Below are positions 1-8,935 of a stretch of 27,428 nt of DNA, piece after piece. How positions within the stretch are numbered: the first letter of the stretch is position 1; each line of letters starts with the position of its first letter. The stretch lies in IMG/VR virus record IMGVR_UViG_3300037851_000121, positions 1 through 27,428 of that record. One strand, written 5' to 3'. A program made the translations under genes and the position numbers. Under the pieces are notes generated by a model. That model did no database searches and was not told the origin of the DNA. It saw only the letters and a program-made list of their open reading frames with translations. The DNA comes from a virus. Taxonomy: Duplodnaviria; Caudoviricetes.

Positions 1-492
1 CAGACCAGCCGGCAGATGTTCGCGCAGCTCATCCAGGCCGGGGTGAAGGCCGAGGTGTTCTTCTTCGATGGGCGCATCAAGGACGACGAGGTGCCGATGG
101 TCCTAGGACTCTCGGCGCCGGGGGCTGTCTACGCCTTCGATGACTTCAAAGCAGGGCCTACCGGCAAGGGAGTGGCGAATGTGCGGAAGCTGGCACCGGC
201 CCTTCCAAACCACGTTCTCGTCCCCCCCTACAAGCCGTTTGAGGGGCGGACGGCTCTGGCAATGCTGGTCCCGCTCACGTTGCAAGAGACTGTGGCACAT
301 AGAGGTGAGGCGATGACACATGACAGGGATGCCCATGACCGACAGGCGCTATTCGAGGGCGAGACTGACACCGGATTCTGGCGGGCCACCTGCCCCGAGT
401 GTGTCGAACAAAACGAGGCACTCGCAAATCTTGGCGTGCTTGAGCCCTCGGAGGTTGAGACGTGCGAAGCCGCACGGAGGGGGAATTATTGA
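1..492 (+). CDS. C-terminal part of a probable class I SAM-dependent methyltransferase (5'-truncated by window edge), with a short CxxC-containing tail
   Basis: Frame open from base 1; VFFFDG and GAVYAFDDF resemble the beta4 and beta5 motifs of Methyltransf_24-type enzymes; SAM-binding motif I is not visible. Confidence 0.5.
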   Translation, partial: QTSRQMFAQLIQAGVKAEVFFFDGRIKDDEVPMVLGLSAPGAVYAFDDFKAGPTGKGVANVRKLAPALPNHVLVPPYKPFEGRTALAMLVPLTLQETVAHRGEAMTHDRDAHDRQALFEGETDTGFWRATCPECVEQNEALANLGVLEPSEVETCEAARRGNY

Positions 493-1130
493 GGATCGGC
501 TTCTATACAACATACGAGCGCGACCCGATCCACTATATCCTCGGGCGCAACATGGTGCGTTCGATCCGCAAGGTGATGCCGGATGTCGAGATCACTCAAC
601 TCACCGACCTCACGAGCGCCCCGATCTATGGCATCGACTCGATCCGGCGTCTGCCTCGTGAGCCACTGTGCATTGCCACCGCACGCCACTACTCGCTCTG
701 CGAGGGGGATTGGCTGCTGATCGACACCGATGTGATCATCCAGAAGGACGTGCGGCATGTCTTCGACGGTGCCACATGGGACTTCGCGCTCACCGACCGG
801 CACGGGACGCTGGTCCCGGGCGAAAAGTTGTTCATGTGGTGCGGGGACTTCAACATCGGTGTCGTCTTCCAGCGCAATGGTAAGGAGTTCTGGAGCGAAG
901 TCGTCAGGAGACTCCTGGCGGCGCCGAAGGACCATCGGCATTGGATGGGCAATCAGATCGTGGCGAGTGAGGTGCTGAAGTCGCGGGATTGGAACTACGT
1001 TCTCCTGCCCGGTGTGGAGTTCAACTACCCCCCGAAGAACACCGAGGACCGGCACGAGCACGCCGCTATCGTCCACTACAAGGGGCCGACTCGGAAGCGT
1101 TGGCTCTACCAGCGATGCGCGTCACTCTAG
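489..1130 (+). CDS. GT-A fold glycosyltransferase (GT8/GT77-like)
   Basis: TTG start overlapping the upstream TGA; DxD motif (LLIDTDVII), FNIGVVF, GNQ, FNYPP and IVHYKG motifs. Confidence 0.8.
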   Translation: MRIGFYTTYERDPIHYILGRNMVRSIRKVMPDVEITQLTDLTSAPIYGIDSIRRLPREPLCIATARHYSLCEGDWLLIDTDVIIQKDVRHVFDGATWDFALTDRHGTLVPGEKLFMWCGDFNIGVVFQRNGKEFWSEVVRRLLAAPKDHRHWMGNQIVASEVLKSRDWNYVLLPGVEFNYPPKNTEDRHEHAAIVHYKGPTRKRWLYQRCASL

Positions 1131-2464
1131 TCAACCCGCCGTCTGCGTTCCTGCTGGATGACAAGGTATTCCCGCCGCTTGGGGTGTTGCGTGTGGCGGC
1201 ATGTCTTGAGCGTGAGGGCCATGACGTGACGGTGCTCGATCTGGCCGGAAAGTCGCCAGACGTGGCGGTCGAGGCCGACCTGATCGGGGTGACGGCGACC
1301 ACGGCGCAGATGCCGTCCGTGATGCGGATGACGCTCGTCGGCCGGACGGTCCTCGGCGGTGCTCATGCGACCATGATGGCGGCTGCGGCCAAGCGGGGTA
1401 GCGAGCGAGGGCGGCGGCGCCTCGCGGAGTTGCTGGGCTGCTTCGATGCCGTGGTGGCCGGGGATGGCGAGGAGGCCATCTTCGAGGCCATGACGAGGGA
1501 TGGACTGATCGACGCCGACGACCCCAAGTCGTCGCTCTACGTCATGGACCAGGACCGGCTCCCGGCGCCGGCCCGACACCTGCTCGACTTCGACTCCTAC
1601 GAGTACCGGATCGACGGCAAGCGGGCCACGTCTGTCGTGACGCAGCTCGGGTGCCCGTTCGGCTGCGCGTTCTGCGGTGGGCGGTACTCTCCGTTTTATC
1701 GGAGGGTGCGCTTCCGCTCAGTCGAGCACATCCTGAGCGAAGTCGCCAGCCTCCATGGCCGCTACGGGCTCGAAGGTTTCATGTTCCTCGACGATGAGTT
1801 GAACGTGTCGCCGCTCATGCCCGTGCTGATGCGACGGCTGACCGAGCTTCAGCGGGAGCGAGGTGCTGAGTTCGCCATGCGCGGGTTCGTCAAGGCGAGT
1901 CTGTTCACCGACGAGCAGGCCGATGCTCTCCGCGAGGCCGGGTTCCGCGAGGTGCTGTTCGGCTTTGAGTCCGGCGACGACCGCATCTTGAGGAACATGC
2001 AGAAGGGCTCTGTGGCAAACAACACGAAGGCGCTGCGGATCGCGGCTGGGGCCGGGCTCCGCGTCAAGGCGCTCATGTCGCTCGGACATCCGGGCGAGTC
2101 TGCCGGATCGGTCAAAGCCACCCGTGACTGGTTGCTTGCCGAGAAGCCAGCCGACTTCGATGTGACCATCATCACGCCCTATCCCGGCACGCCGTATTGG
2201 GATGACGCGCGTGAGGATACCGGCGTCTGGACCTATTCGGCCAAGACCGGGGACCGACTGCACATGTTCGACACCGACTATGGGCGGGACAGTTCCTACT
2301 ACAAGGGCGTGCCGGGGGAGTACCGCGCGCATGTCTGGACGGATCACTTGACGGCTGACGACCTGGTGGAGATCAGGGACGAGACGGAGCGGTCGGTGAG
2401 GACTGCGCTGTCTATCTCTTGGCCCAAGGCGCAGCACTTCGATCATTCGATGGGGCAGGCATGA
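1115..2464 (+). CDS. Cobalamin (B12)-binding radical SAM enzyme (class B methylase-like)
   Basis: N-terminal MRVTLVNPP..FPPLG..VAACL..GHDVTVLD, GGAHAT and GDGE B12-domain motifs; CPFGCAFC cluster motif; FLDDE, FGFESG, TPYPGT. Confidence 0.92.
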   Translation: MRVTLVNPPSAFLLDDKVFPPLGVLRVAACLEREGHDVTVLDLAGKSPDVAVEADLIGVTATTAQMPSVMRMTLVGRTVLGGAHATMMAAAAKRGSERGRRRLAELLGCFDAVVAGDGEEAIFEAMTRDGLIDADDPKSSLYVMDQDRLPAPARHLLDFDSYEYRIDGKRATSVVTQLGCPFGCAFCGGRYSPFYRRVRFRSVEHILSEVASLHGRYGLEGFMFLDDELNVSPLMPVLMRRLTELQRERGAEFAMRGFVKASLFTDEQADALREAGFREVLFGFESGDDRILRNMQKGSVANNTKALRIAAGAGLRVKALMSLGHPGESAGSVKATRDWLLAEKPADFDVTIITPYPGTPYWDDAREDTGVWTYSAKTGDRLHMFDTDYGRDSSYYKGVPGEYRAHVWTDHLTADDLVEIRDETERSVRTALSISWPKAQHFDHSMGQA

Positions 2465-3432
2465 GCGGAACGATCACCAACCGGATCGACTCCATCACGC
2501 GAATCCCCGCCGAGCGGTTGGCGACGGCTATCCCGCCCCCGCGCTCGGTCAAGATCGAGCTGACCGGTCGCTGTAACTACCGTTGTGCCTTCTGCGCCTT
2601 GGCGGTCCGGGACAAGCAGCCGACGAAGGACATGGACTTCGACTTCTTCAAGCGCATCACGCGCGAGATGCGCGAATGCGGGGTCGAAGAAATTGGGGTC
2701 TTCTTCATCGGGGAGTCCTTCTTGGTCCCTGAGCTGTTGGTTGATGCCGTGCGCTATCTGAAGCGCGAGATCGAGATGCCCTACGTCTTCCTCACGTCGA
2801 ATGCCTCGATGGCAAAGTCGGACATCGTGGCGGACCTCATGCGGGCCGGGCTCGATTCGCTCAAGTGGTCCGTCAACTCGGCGTCAGAGGAAGAATTCGT
2901 CCGCGTGATGAAGGTCGGCCCGAGAATGTTCCACCAAGCCACGCAGAACATTCGAGACGCCTACCACGTCCGCGAGGTGCTTCGGGCGAAGACGGGGCTG
3001 TACGCCTCCTCGATCATGTATGACGGAGAGCAGCAGGCGAAGATGGAAGCCTACCTCAAGGCGCACATCATCCCCTTCGTGGATCAGCACTACTGGCTGC
3101 CGCTCTATTCCATGGGGTCGTTTGCGACGGCACGGGAGGAAGCCCTTGGCTATCGACCGACAGCAGGAAACCAGGGACGAATCGGAGCCCTTCGAGAGCC
3201 GCTCCCATGCTGGTCGGTCTTCACGGAAGGTCACGTCACGAGCAGGGGGCACCTTTCGGCGTGTTGTTTCGATGCGTCTGATACGTGGTCGATGGCTGAC
3301 CTTCACGCGGTGTCGTTCCTTGAAGGCTGGAATTCGCTTCCCTTTCAAGAGCTGAGGGCGGCACACTTGAAGAAGGACGTAACGGGTACGGCCTGCGAGA
3401 AGTGTGTGGCCTACCAAGGAGCCGGAGCATGA
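2461..3432 (+). CDS. Radical SAM enzyme with C-terminal twitch/SPASM-like auxiliary cluster domain
   Basis: ELTGRCNYRCAFC; C-terminal PCWSVF...G.LSACCFD...WNS...R......ACEKC; ATGA overlap with upstream gene. Confidence 0.9.
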   Translation: MSGTITNRIDSITRIPAERLATAIPPPRSVKIELTGRCNYRCAFCALAVRDKQPTKDMDFDFFKRITREMRECGVEEIGVFFIGESFLVPELLVDAVRYLKREIEMPYVFLTSNASMAKSDIVADLMRAGLDSLKWSVNSASEEEFVRVMKVGPRMFHQATQNIRDAYHVREVLRAKTGLYASSIMYDGEQQAKMEAYLKAHIIPFVDQHYWLPLYSMGSFATAREEALGYRPTAGNQGRIGALREPLPCWSVFTEGHVTSRGHLSACCFDASDTWSMADLHAVSFLEGWNSLPFQELRAAHLKKDVTGTACEKCVAYQGAGA

Positions 3433-5561
3433 GCAAGGGCAAGTCGGCATCGCTTCTCGAGCGGGCACGGCTGCACTTCAAGTTCGCTACCGAGGCCGAG
3501 GAGGCACAGCGGGAGCGTGAGCGTGAAGACCTCCGCTTTCAGGTGCCCGAGTTTCAGTGGACCGATCAGGCGAAAAAGGATCGTGAGGGCCGACCCACGC
3601 TCAGCATCAACAAGCTCGATCAGCCGCGACAACTCATCCTGAACCAGATGCGCGCTGCCGACCTCGGGGTGCAGATTGCTCCGCTGAGCGAGGATGCCGA
3701 CCCCGATACGGCCGAGATGCTGCAGGGGCTCTATCGCAGCATCGAGCGCGATGGCGGCGAGCTCGCGCGGTTTTGGGCCTTCGACCGTGCCGTTTCGGCA
3801 GGCCGCGGATACTACCGCATCCTGACCGAGTACGACCCTTCCGGCGGTATGAAGGGTGATCAGCGGATTGTTCTGAAGCGAATCTATCACCAGGACGGGG
3901 TGCTGCTCGACCCTGCGGCGCAAGAGCCGGACTGGTCGGATGGGTGCTTCGCTTTCGTCCTGACGTGGATGAGCGCGGACAAGTTCAAAGAGGAGTTCCC
4001 GAACGCCAAGCAGACGCCCTCAACCAAGCTGGAGTGGGAGCAGAGCAAACGGACCATCCCGGAATGGGTTAGGGACGATGACGTGCTGGTTGCTGAGTAC
4101 TGGACGAAGGAATACAGCGAAGGCGACGAGTACGAGCCACCCAAGGTCAAGGTGAGCAAGGTGTGCGGCTGGGAGGTGCTCGAGGCTGAGCGCGACTGGC
4201 CGGGCCAGTACATCCCGATTGTGCCCGTGGTTGGCCGTGAACTGCAGCCCTTCGATGAGGAGCGGCGTCTGGTTGGACTGATCGGGCCGGCGAAGGACGG
4301 GCAAACGTTGTACAACTTCGCAGCCTCAACGCTCGTGGAGCGGATGAGCCTTGAGCCTAAGGCGCCCTTCGTCGGCGCCGCCAAGCAATTTGAGGGCTAC
4401 GAGGCATGGTGGAAGCAGGCAAATCGTGCGCTCCTGCCGTACCTGCCATACAACCACGTTGAGGGTCTCCCGGCGCCGCAGCGGGCACAGATCGACGCCT
4501 CAGGCATGTCGATTGCCATGATGGCGCTGCAGGAAGCCGACCAGTTCATCCAGGCGAGTACGGCCGTCTTTGATCCATCGCTGGGCCGGCTGCCACAGAA
4601 GGAGCGGAGCGGGAAGGCGATCCTTGCGCTTCAGCAGCAGGCGGACGCCGGGACGAGCCACTATCTTCAGAACTTGGCCGATATCAGCATGAAGTACGAG
4701 GCCAAGGTGATCCTCGACCTGATCCCGAAGATATATGACCGGCCGGAGCGGGTGATTCGGATCATCCATGGCGACGACCGCAAGAGCACGGCGGTCATGA
4801 TCGGGGCGCCGTACACGACGGACGACAAGAAGCGCCCGCAACTCGTTCAAGGCTGGAATCCGCAGCAGTCGGCGCCGATGCCTGAGGGGGCGAAGTACTA
4901 CGATCTGAGTCGTGGGGTGTACGACGTGTCCATCTCCATCGGCAAGGCCTTCCAGACGCGCTTGGATGAGGGCCGCGAGAAGATCGGGGAACTGCTGAGC
5001 GCCAAGCCAGAACTGTTCATGATGATGGGCGACATCTTCCTAAACTATGCGGACTGGCCTGGCTCAAAGGACATGGCGAAGCGGATGGAGAAGATCCGCG
5101 AGCGTACGTTCCCGGGCCTCGGGGAGAATGAAGACGGCCAGGCGCCGCCCGAGCAGATGCAGGCCGAGCTCGCTGGCATGAAACAGCAGATGCAAATGAT
5201 GGGTCAGCAGTTGCAGATGGCGATGCAACAGATTGAGACAGACCGTGCGAAGCAGGAAGCCTCGCTCATGAAGGCCAAGATGGACAACGAGACGAAGTTG
5301 CGGATTGCGGCGGCTGACAATGAGACGAAGCTGGCGCTGGCCGGGATGGAGCAGAAGTTTGAGGCGCTGCTGACGATGCTGAACCTCGAGCACGAATTCC
5401 GCCAGGTTCGCGAGGCCGCGGCGCTGGATGCGGCGAAAACGGGACAGCAGATGGACCACGAGCGGACCATGGCGGCCGGCCAGCAGCAGCATGAGGCGGT
5501 TATGGGGGAGCTGGGGCGTGAGGCGCCGGAGAAGCCTGAGCCCGTGGAGCCACAAGCATGA
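3429..5561 (+). CDS. Portal protein, P22-like
   Basis: QW...REGRPTLSINKL, GRGYYRI, VLLDPAAQEPDWSD, YIPIVPV, SGKAILALQQQ, YDVSISIG motifs; long Gln/Met-rich C-terminal helical barrel; ATGA overlap. Confidence 0.93.
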   Translation: MSKGKSASLLERARLHFKFATEAEEAQREREREDLRFQVPEFQWTDQAKKDREGRPTLSINKLDQPRQLILNQMRAADLGVQIAPLSEDADPDTAEMLQGLYRSIERDGGELARFWAFDRAVSAGRGYYRILTEYDPSGGMKGDQRIVLKRIYHQDGVLLDPAAQEPDWSDGCFAFVLTWMSADKFKEEFPNAKQTPSTKLEWEQSKRTIPEWVRDDDVLVAEYWTKEYSEGDEYEPPKVKVSKVCGWEVLEAERDWPGQYIPIVPVVGRELQPFDEERRLVGLIGPAKDGQTLYNFAASTLVERMSLEPKAPFVGAAKQFEGYEAWWKQANRALLPYLPYNHVEGLPAPQRAQIDASGMSIAMMALQEADQFIQASTAVFDPSLGRLPQKERSGKAILALQQQADAGTSHYLQNLADISMKYEAKVILDLIPKIYDRPERVIRIIHGDDRKSTAVMIGAPYTTDDKKRPQLVQGWNPQQSAPMPEGAKYYDLSRGVYDVSISIGKAFQTRLDEGREKIGELLSAKPELFMMMGDIFLNYADWPGSKDMAKRMEKIRERTFPGLGENEDGQAPPEQMQAELAGMKQQMQMMGQQLQMAMQQIETDRAKQEASLMKAKMDNETKLRIAAADNETKLALAGMEQKFEALLTMLNLEHEFRQVREAAALDAAKTGQQMDHERTMAAGQQQHEAVMGELGREAPEKPEPVEPQA

Positions 5562-5740
5562 GCGGGCTGAGGGAACTGACACGGAATCGCAAGGTAGACG
5601 TGGCGCTCCACAACGAGATGCTCACGCGGGAGCGGGTGGACCGGCTCGAGCGGCAGGTAGCCGACCTCGGGGCATGGTTTGACGAGTTGGCACGACGTGA
5701 CCTGTGGGGACGTCTGCACTGGGTACTGACAGGGAGATAG
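5558..5740 (+). CDS. Small hypothetical protein (coiled-coil, ends LWGRLHWVLTGR)
   Basis: ATGA overlap with portal; fills the gap to the scaffold gene. Confidence 0.65.
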   Translation: MSGLRELTRNRKVDVALHNEMLTRERVDRLERQVADLGAWFDELARRDLWGRLHWVLTGR

Positions 5741-5750
5741 GGGAGGTCCG

Positions 5751-6821
5751 ATGGGTTCGACCGTAGCCGTTGGGGGTATGGAGATCACCTCCAACCACGA
5801 AACCGCCGAGGAGATGGTCAAGGTGCTGGCTCCGATCAAGGAGAACGGCAAGGAACCCCGTGTCATTCGGGACCAGGGCGCGGCGCCGGCCGAGCCAGAG
5901 AACCCGCTCAGCAAGGCTGCCGCAGAACTCGGGAAGGCCGGCGGCAAGGCGGCAGCCGAGGCCCGCGCCAAGGCCGAAAAGGAGCCCACCAAGTCACCAG
6001 ATCCGGCTCCGGCTCCGGTCAAGGCCGAGGAGCCCGAGGCAGAGGACAAGAGCAAGAAGGGCGACCCTCGATTCGACCCCCGCGCTCGCGTCATGGAGGC
6101 GACCAGGGAGGCCAAGGAGCAGCGTGAGCGGGCCGAGAAGCTCGAGGCGCGCGTTAGGGAACTGGAGGCCAAGGCGGCGGCACCCGAGACCAAGTCGGAG
6201 CCTAAGCCAGAACCGAAAGCCGATGCTGGTAGGGACAAGCCCAAGGTCGAGGACTACGAGACGTACGAGGAGTTCGTCGAGAAGCTGACGGACTGGAAGG
6301 CCGAGGAGCGGGAGCGCAAGCGGGCCGAGGCCGCCGAGAAAGAGGGCCGCCACAGGGCCCTCGAGGCCCAGCACGGCGCCTTCTTTGGGCGGATGCAGAA
6401 GGCATTTGAGGCCAACCCGGACATGCGGGAGAAGATCGCCGGCCTCGTCTCCGAGATGACCCCAACCGCCCTTCTGGCGCTTCGGGGCGAGCCCGCGACG
6501 GCGCAAAGCGATCTGGCCCAGGCTATCGTGGAGTCCGAAGTTGGCCCGGCCCTGTTGCTGCACTTCGCGGAGAACCCCGAGGAATACCAGAAAATTCTCC
6601 GACTGCCCGACAGCTACTCGGTCGCGCGGTACGTGGGCCGGCTTGAAGCGAAGTTCGACAAGTCGGCGCAGGATGTCTCGCCCGAGCCGGCGCCGAAGCC
6701 TAAGAGCCAGGCCCCGCCCCCGCTCAAGCCGGTCGCGGCCGGGAGTGTCTCGGCCGAGCCCGACATTACCGGGGATATCGACTTCAAGACATTCATGGCC
6801 CGGAAGAAGCAGGCGCGGTAA
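5751..6821 (+). CDS. Capsid scaffolding protein
   Basis: GGGGAGGT RBS; charged helical protein with KPKVEDYETYEEF..KLTDW, GPALLLHFAENPEE and APPPLKPV motifs; lies between portal and coat. Confidence 0.85.
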   Translation: MGSTVAVGGMEITSNHETAEEMVKVLAPIKENGKEPRVIRDQGAAPAEPENPLSKAAAELGKAGGKAAAEARAKAEKEPTKSPDPAPAPVKAEEPEAEDKSKKGDPRFDPRARVMEATREAKEQRERAEKLEARVRELEAKAAAPETKSEPKPEPKADAGRDKPKVEDYETYEEFVEKLTDWKAEERERKRAEAAEKEGRHRALEAQHGAFFGRMQKAFEANPDMREKIAGLVSEMTPTALLALRGEPATAQSDLAQAIVESEVGPALLLHFAENPEEYQKILRLPDSYSVARYVGRLEAKFDKSAQDVSPEPAPKPKSQAPPPLKPVAAGSVSAEPDITGDIDFKTFMARKKQAR

Positions 6822-6825
6822 GGTA

Positions 6826-6855
6826 TTGACAAACCGAGCCGCTCGGGCGCATAGT
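6826..6855 (+). promoter_or_regulatory. Putative sigma70 promoter for the coat operon with a palindrome in the spacer
   Basis: TTGACA (6826-6831), 18 nt, CATAGT (6850-6855); CCGAGC-C-GCTCGG inverted repeat at 6834-6846. Confidence 0.5.
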
Positions 6856-6858
6856 TCG

Positions 6859-7044
6859 CTTGACGTACCTCGGCGAGCGGATTGCTCCACCCGCTACGCT
6901 GGTCGCTCCCGGAGTACTCGGCACGCTGCAATGCTGGCATCGGCGGCCGGGTTAGAAGTGAGGCCCGCAGGCCACGCCAGAGGCCAACACGGGTCAGACC
7001 GTCAAGGGAGCCACTAGCTCACTTCGGTTAGCTTCTTCGGGAGC
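6859..7044 (+). ncRNA. Candidate structured 5' leader RNA of the coat gene
   Basis: CTTGACG(6859)/CGTCAAG(7006) closing stem with internal stems; two overlapping C(UUCG)G hairpins at 7016-7044, the second pairing the GGAG RBS. Confidence 0.45.
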
Positions 7045-7049
7045 ACCTC

Positions 7050-8279
7050 ATGGCGAACACTCTGGTGACCCCCACCTGGGTCACGAACGAGACGGCTCAG
7101 AGGTTCATCAACTCCGTAAAGGGAGTGGCGAACTTCAACCGCTCGTATGACGACAGCTTCATGCAGTCTGGGGCCAAGGTTGGCGCGACCGTTCTCGCCC
7201 GCCTGCCCCAGCAGTACACGGTCAGACGCGGCTCCGGCTGGAGCCCGCAGGCCCTCTACGATCGCACCGTCCCGGTGACGATTTCCTACCAGACGGGCGT
7301 GGACTTCGCCTGGACGTCGGCGCAGGCCACTCTCGAGCTGGACCGGGTGCGCGAGCGGTACGTCAATCCGGCGGCCGACACTCTGGCCTCGGACGCGGAT
7401 GCCCTGGGGATGGCGGACGTCTACGCATCGGTCTACAACTCGGTCGGCACTCCGGGAACGACCCCGAGCACCAACCTGACGTACCTGCAGGCGTTCAACA
7501 AGATCTTCGACGGTGCCGGCCGTGATGACCGCCTCATCGCGGTTCTGGACGGCCTCGCCTCGATCACACTGGTCAATGCCAACCTGACCTCGTTCAACCC
7601 TCAGGAAGCCATCTCGCAGATGTTCAAGCGGGGCCTGATGGGTCGGGGCCAGCTTGGCGTGTCCGAGTGGTATCGAGACCAGAACGTCCCGCGCCACACC
7701 ACGGGCTCTTTCACGGCGGCATCCCCGACCGTGAACGGAGCGAGCCAGACTGGTTCGAGCCTCGTGACTCAGGCCTGGGCCTCTGGTGCCACCTCGCTCA
7801 AGAAGGGCGACATCTTCACCATCGCGAACGTCTACTCGGTGAACCCGCTGAGCAAGGTGTCCACGGGCCGACTGCAGCAGTTTGTCATCACGGCCGACAT
7901 CTCGGACACGGCCGGCGCAGCCACCCTGAGCATCAGCCCCTCGATCATCACCTCGGGCGCCTTGCAGACCGTCTCCGCTTCGCCCGCAAACGGCGCGGCC
8001 ATCTCGGTTTGGGGCGAGCCGGCGGGTGATGCGCTGACGTCGGTTGTCAGTCCGCAGTCGCTGATGTTCGACCCCGACTTCGCGGCCTTCGTAATGGTTG
8101 ACCTCGAAGATCCCATTGCCGGAGCCAAGGCGACGTTCGCCCGCGACCGGGACTGGGGCATCTCACTCCGGTTCGTCCAGCAGTACGACACCACGGACGA
8201 CCAGAACAAGAACCGCATGGACATCATGCACGGGGCCTCGATCCTGCTGCCTCACCTGGCTTGCCGGGTGGTTGGGTAG
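7050..8279 (+). CDS. Major capsid (coat) protein, P22 gp5-like
   Basis: MANTLVTP, NRSYDDSF...GAKVGATV..RLP, LKKGDIFTIANV..VNP, ISLRFVQQYD...D.NKNRMDI motifs. Confidence 0.95.
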   Translation: MANTLVTPTWVTNETAQRFINSVKGVANFNRSYDDSFMQSGAKVGATVLARLPQQYTVRRGSGWSPQALYDRTVPVTISYQTGVDFAWTSAQATLELDRVRERYVNPAADTLASDADALGMADVYASVYNSVGTPGTTPSTNLTYLQAFNKIFDGAGRDDRLIAVLDGLASITLVNANLTSFNPQEAISQMFKRGLMGRGQLGVSEWYRDQNVPRHTTGSFTAASPTVNGASQTGSSLVTQAWASGATSLKKGDIFTIANVYSVNPLSKVSTGRLQQFVITADISDTAGAATLSISPSIITSGALQTVSASPANGAAISVWGEPAGDALTSVVSPQSLMFDPDFAAFVMVDLEDPIAGAKATFARDRDWGISLRFVQQYDTTDDQNKNRMDIMHGASILLPHLACRVVG

Positions 8280-8290
8280 GGAGGGCAACC

Positions 8291-8923
8291 ATGGCACTCG
8301 CAGAAACCACCCTTTCGGCCGCGCTTGGGGCAGGCGGCAAGGTCATGACCGTGGCTTCGGCCACGTCGTTCGCCGCTGGCCGCATCGCTCAGATCAACGG
8401 CGAGATCGTCCAGGTGAGCAAGGACTACGTGTCCGGGTCCACCAGCGTTCCCATCCTGCGCGGGCAGCTCAGCACGCTGCAGGTAGCGCACCCGTCGTCG
8501 GCCCGGGTCGTTCATGGCGATCCATCGGACTTCGGGCAGGGCATCGCCGGATCTCCGTACTCGCCCTACGGGCGGGTCCGGCGCACCGAGTCCTATTCGG
8601 CGGCCGGCGCCATCACCCTGCCGAAGCCCGGGGAGGATGTTGTGGCGATCCTGAACGGGACCGGCGCGCTCGCCATGACCATCGCAGTCCCGTCGAAGGA
8701 TCTCGATGGCTGCATCCTGAACGTCGTCGGCGATGGCGCGGCGGCTCACACGCTGACGTTCTCTGGCGGCCTCAGCGGCGCCGGAAGTTCGTACGATGTC
8801 ATCACCGCAAACGCAACTGGTCAGGTCTGGCATCAGTTCATCGCCATGAACGAGGTGTGGGTGCAGCTTGTGGCGACACCGATGGCGGGGACCGTCACCA
8901 ATGTTACGAGCACCGTGAGCTAG
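8291..8923 (+). CDS. Virion accessory/decoration-like protein
   Basis: Directly after coat, GGGAGG RBS, beta-rich S/T/G/A composition; N-terminal TTLS..VAS..GE...V...RG..T...H domain. Confidence 0.6.
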   Translation: MALAETTLSAALGAGGKVMTVASATSFAAGRIAQINGEIVQVSKDYVSGSTSVPILRGQLSTLQVAHPSSARVVHGDPSDFGQGIAGSPYSPYGRVRRTESYSAAGAITLPKPGEDVVAILNGTGALAMTIAVPSKDLDGCILNVVGDGAAAHTLTFSGGLSGAGSSYDVITANATGQVWHQFIAMNEVWVQLVATPMAGTVTNVTSTVS

Positions 8924-8935
8924 GAGAGCTGAGAA

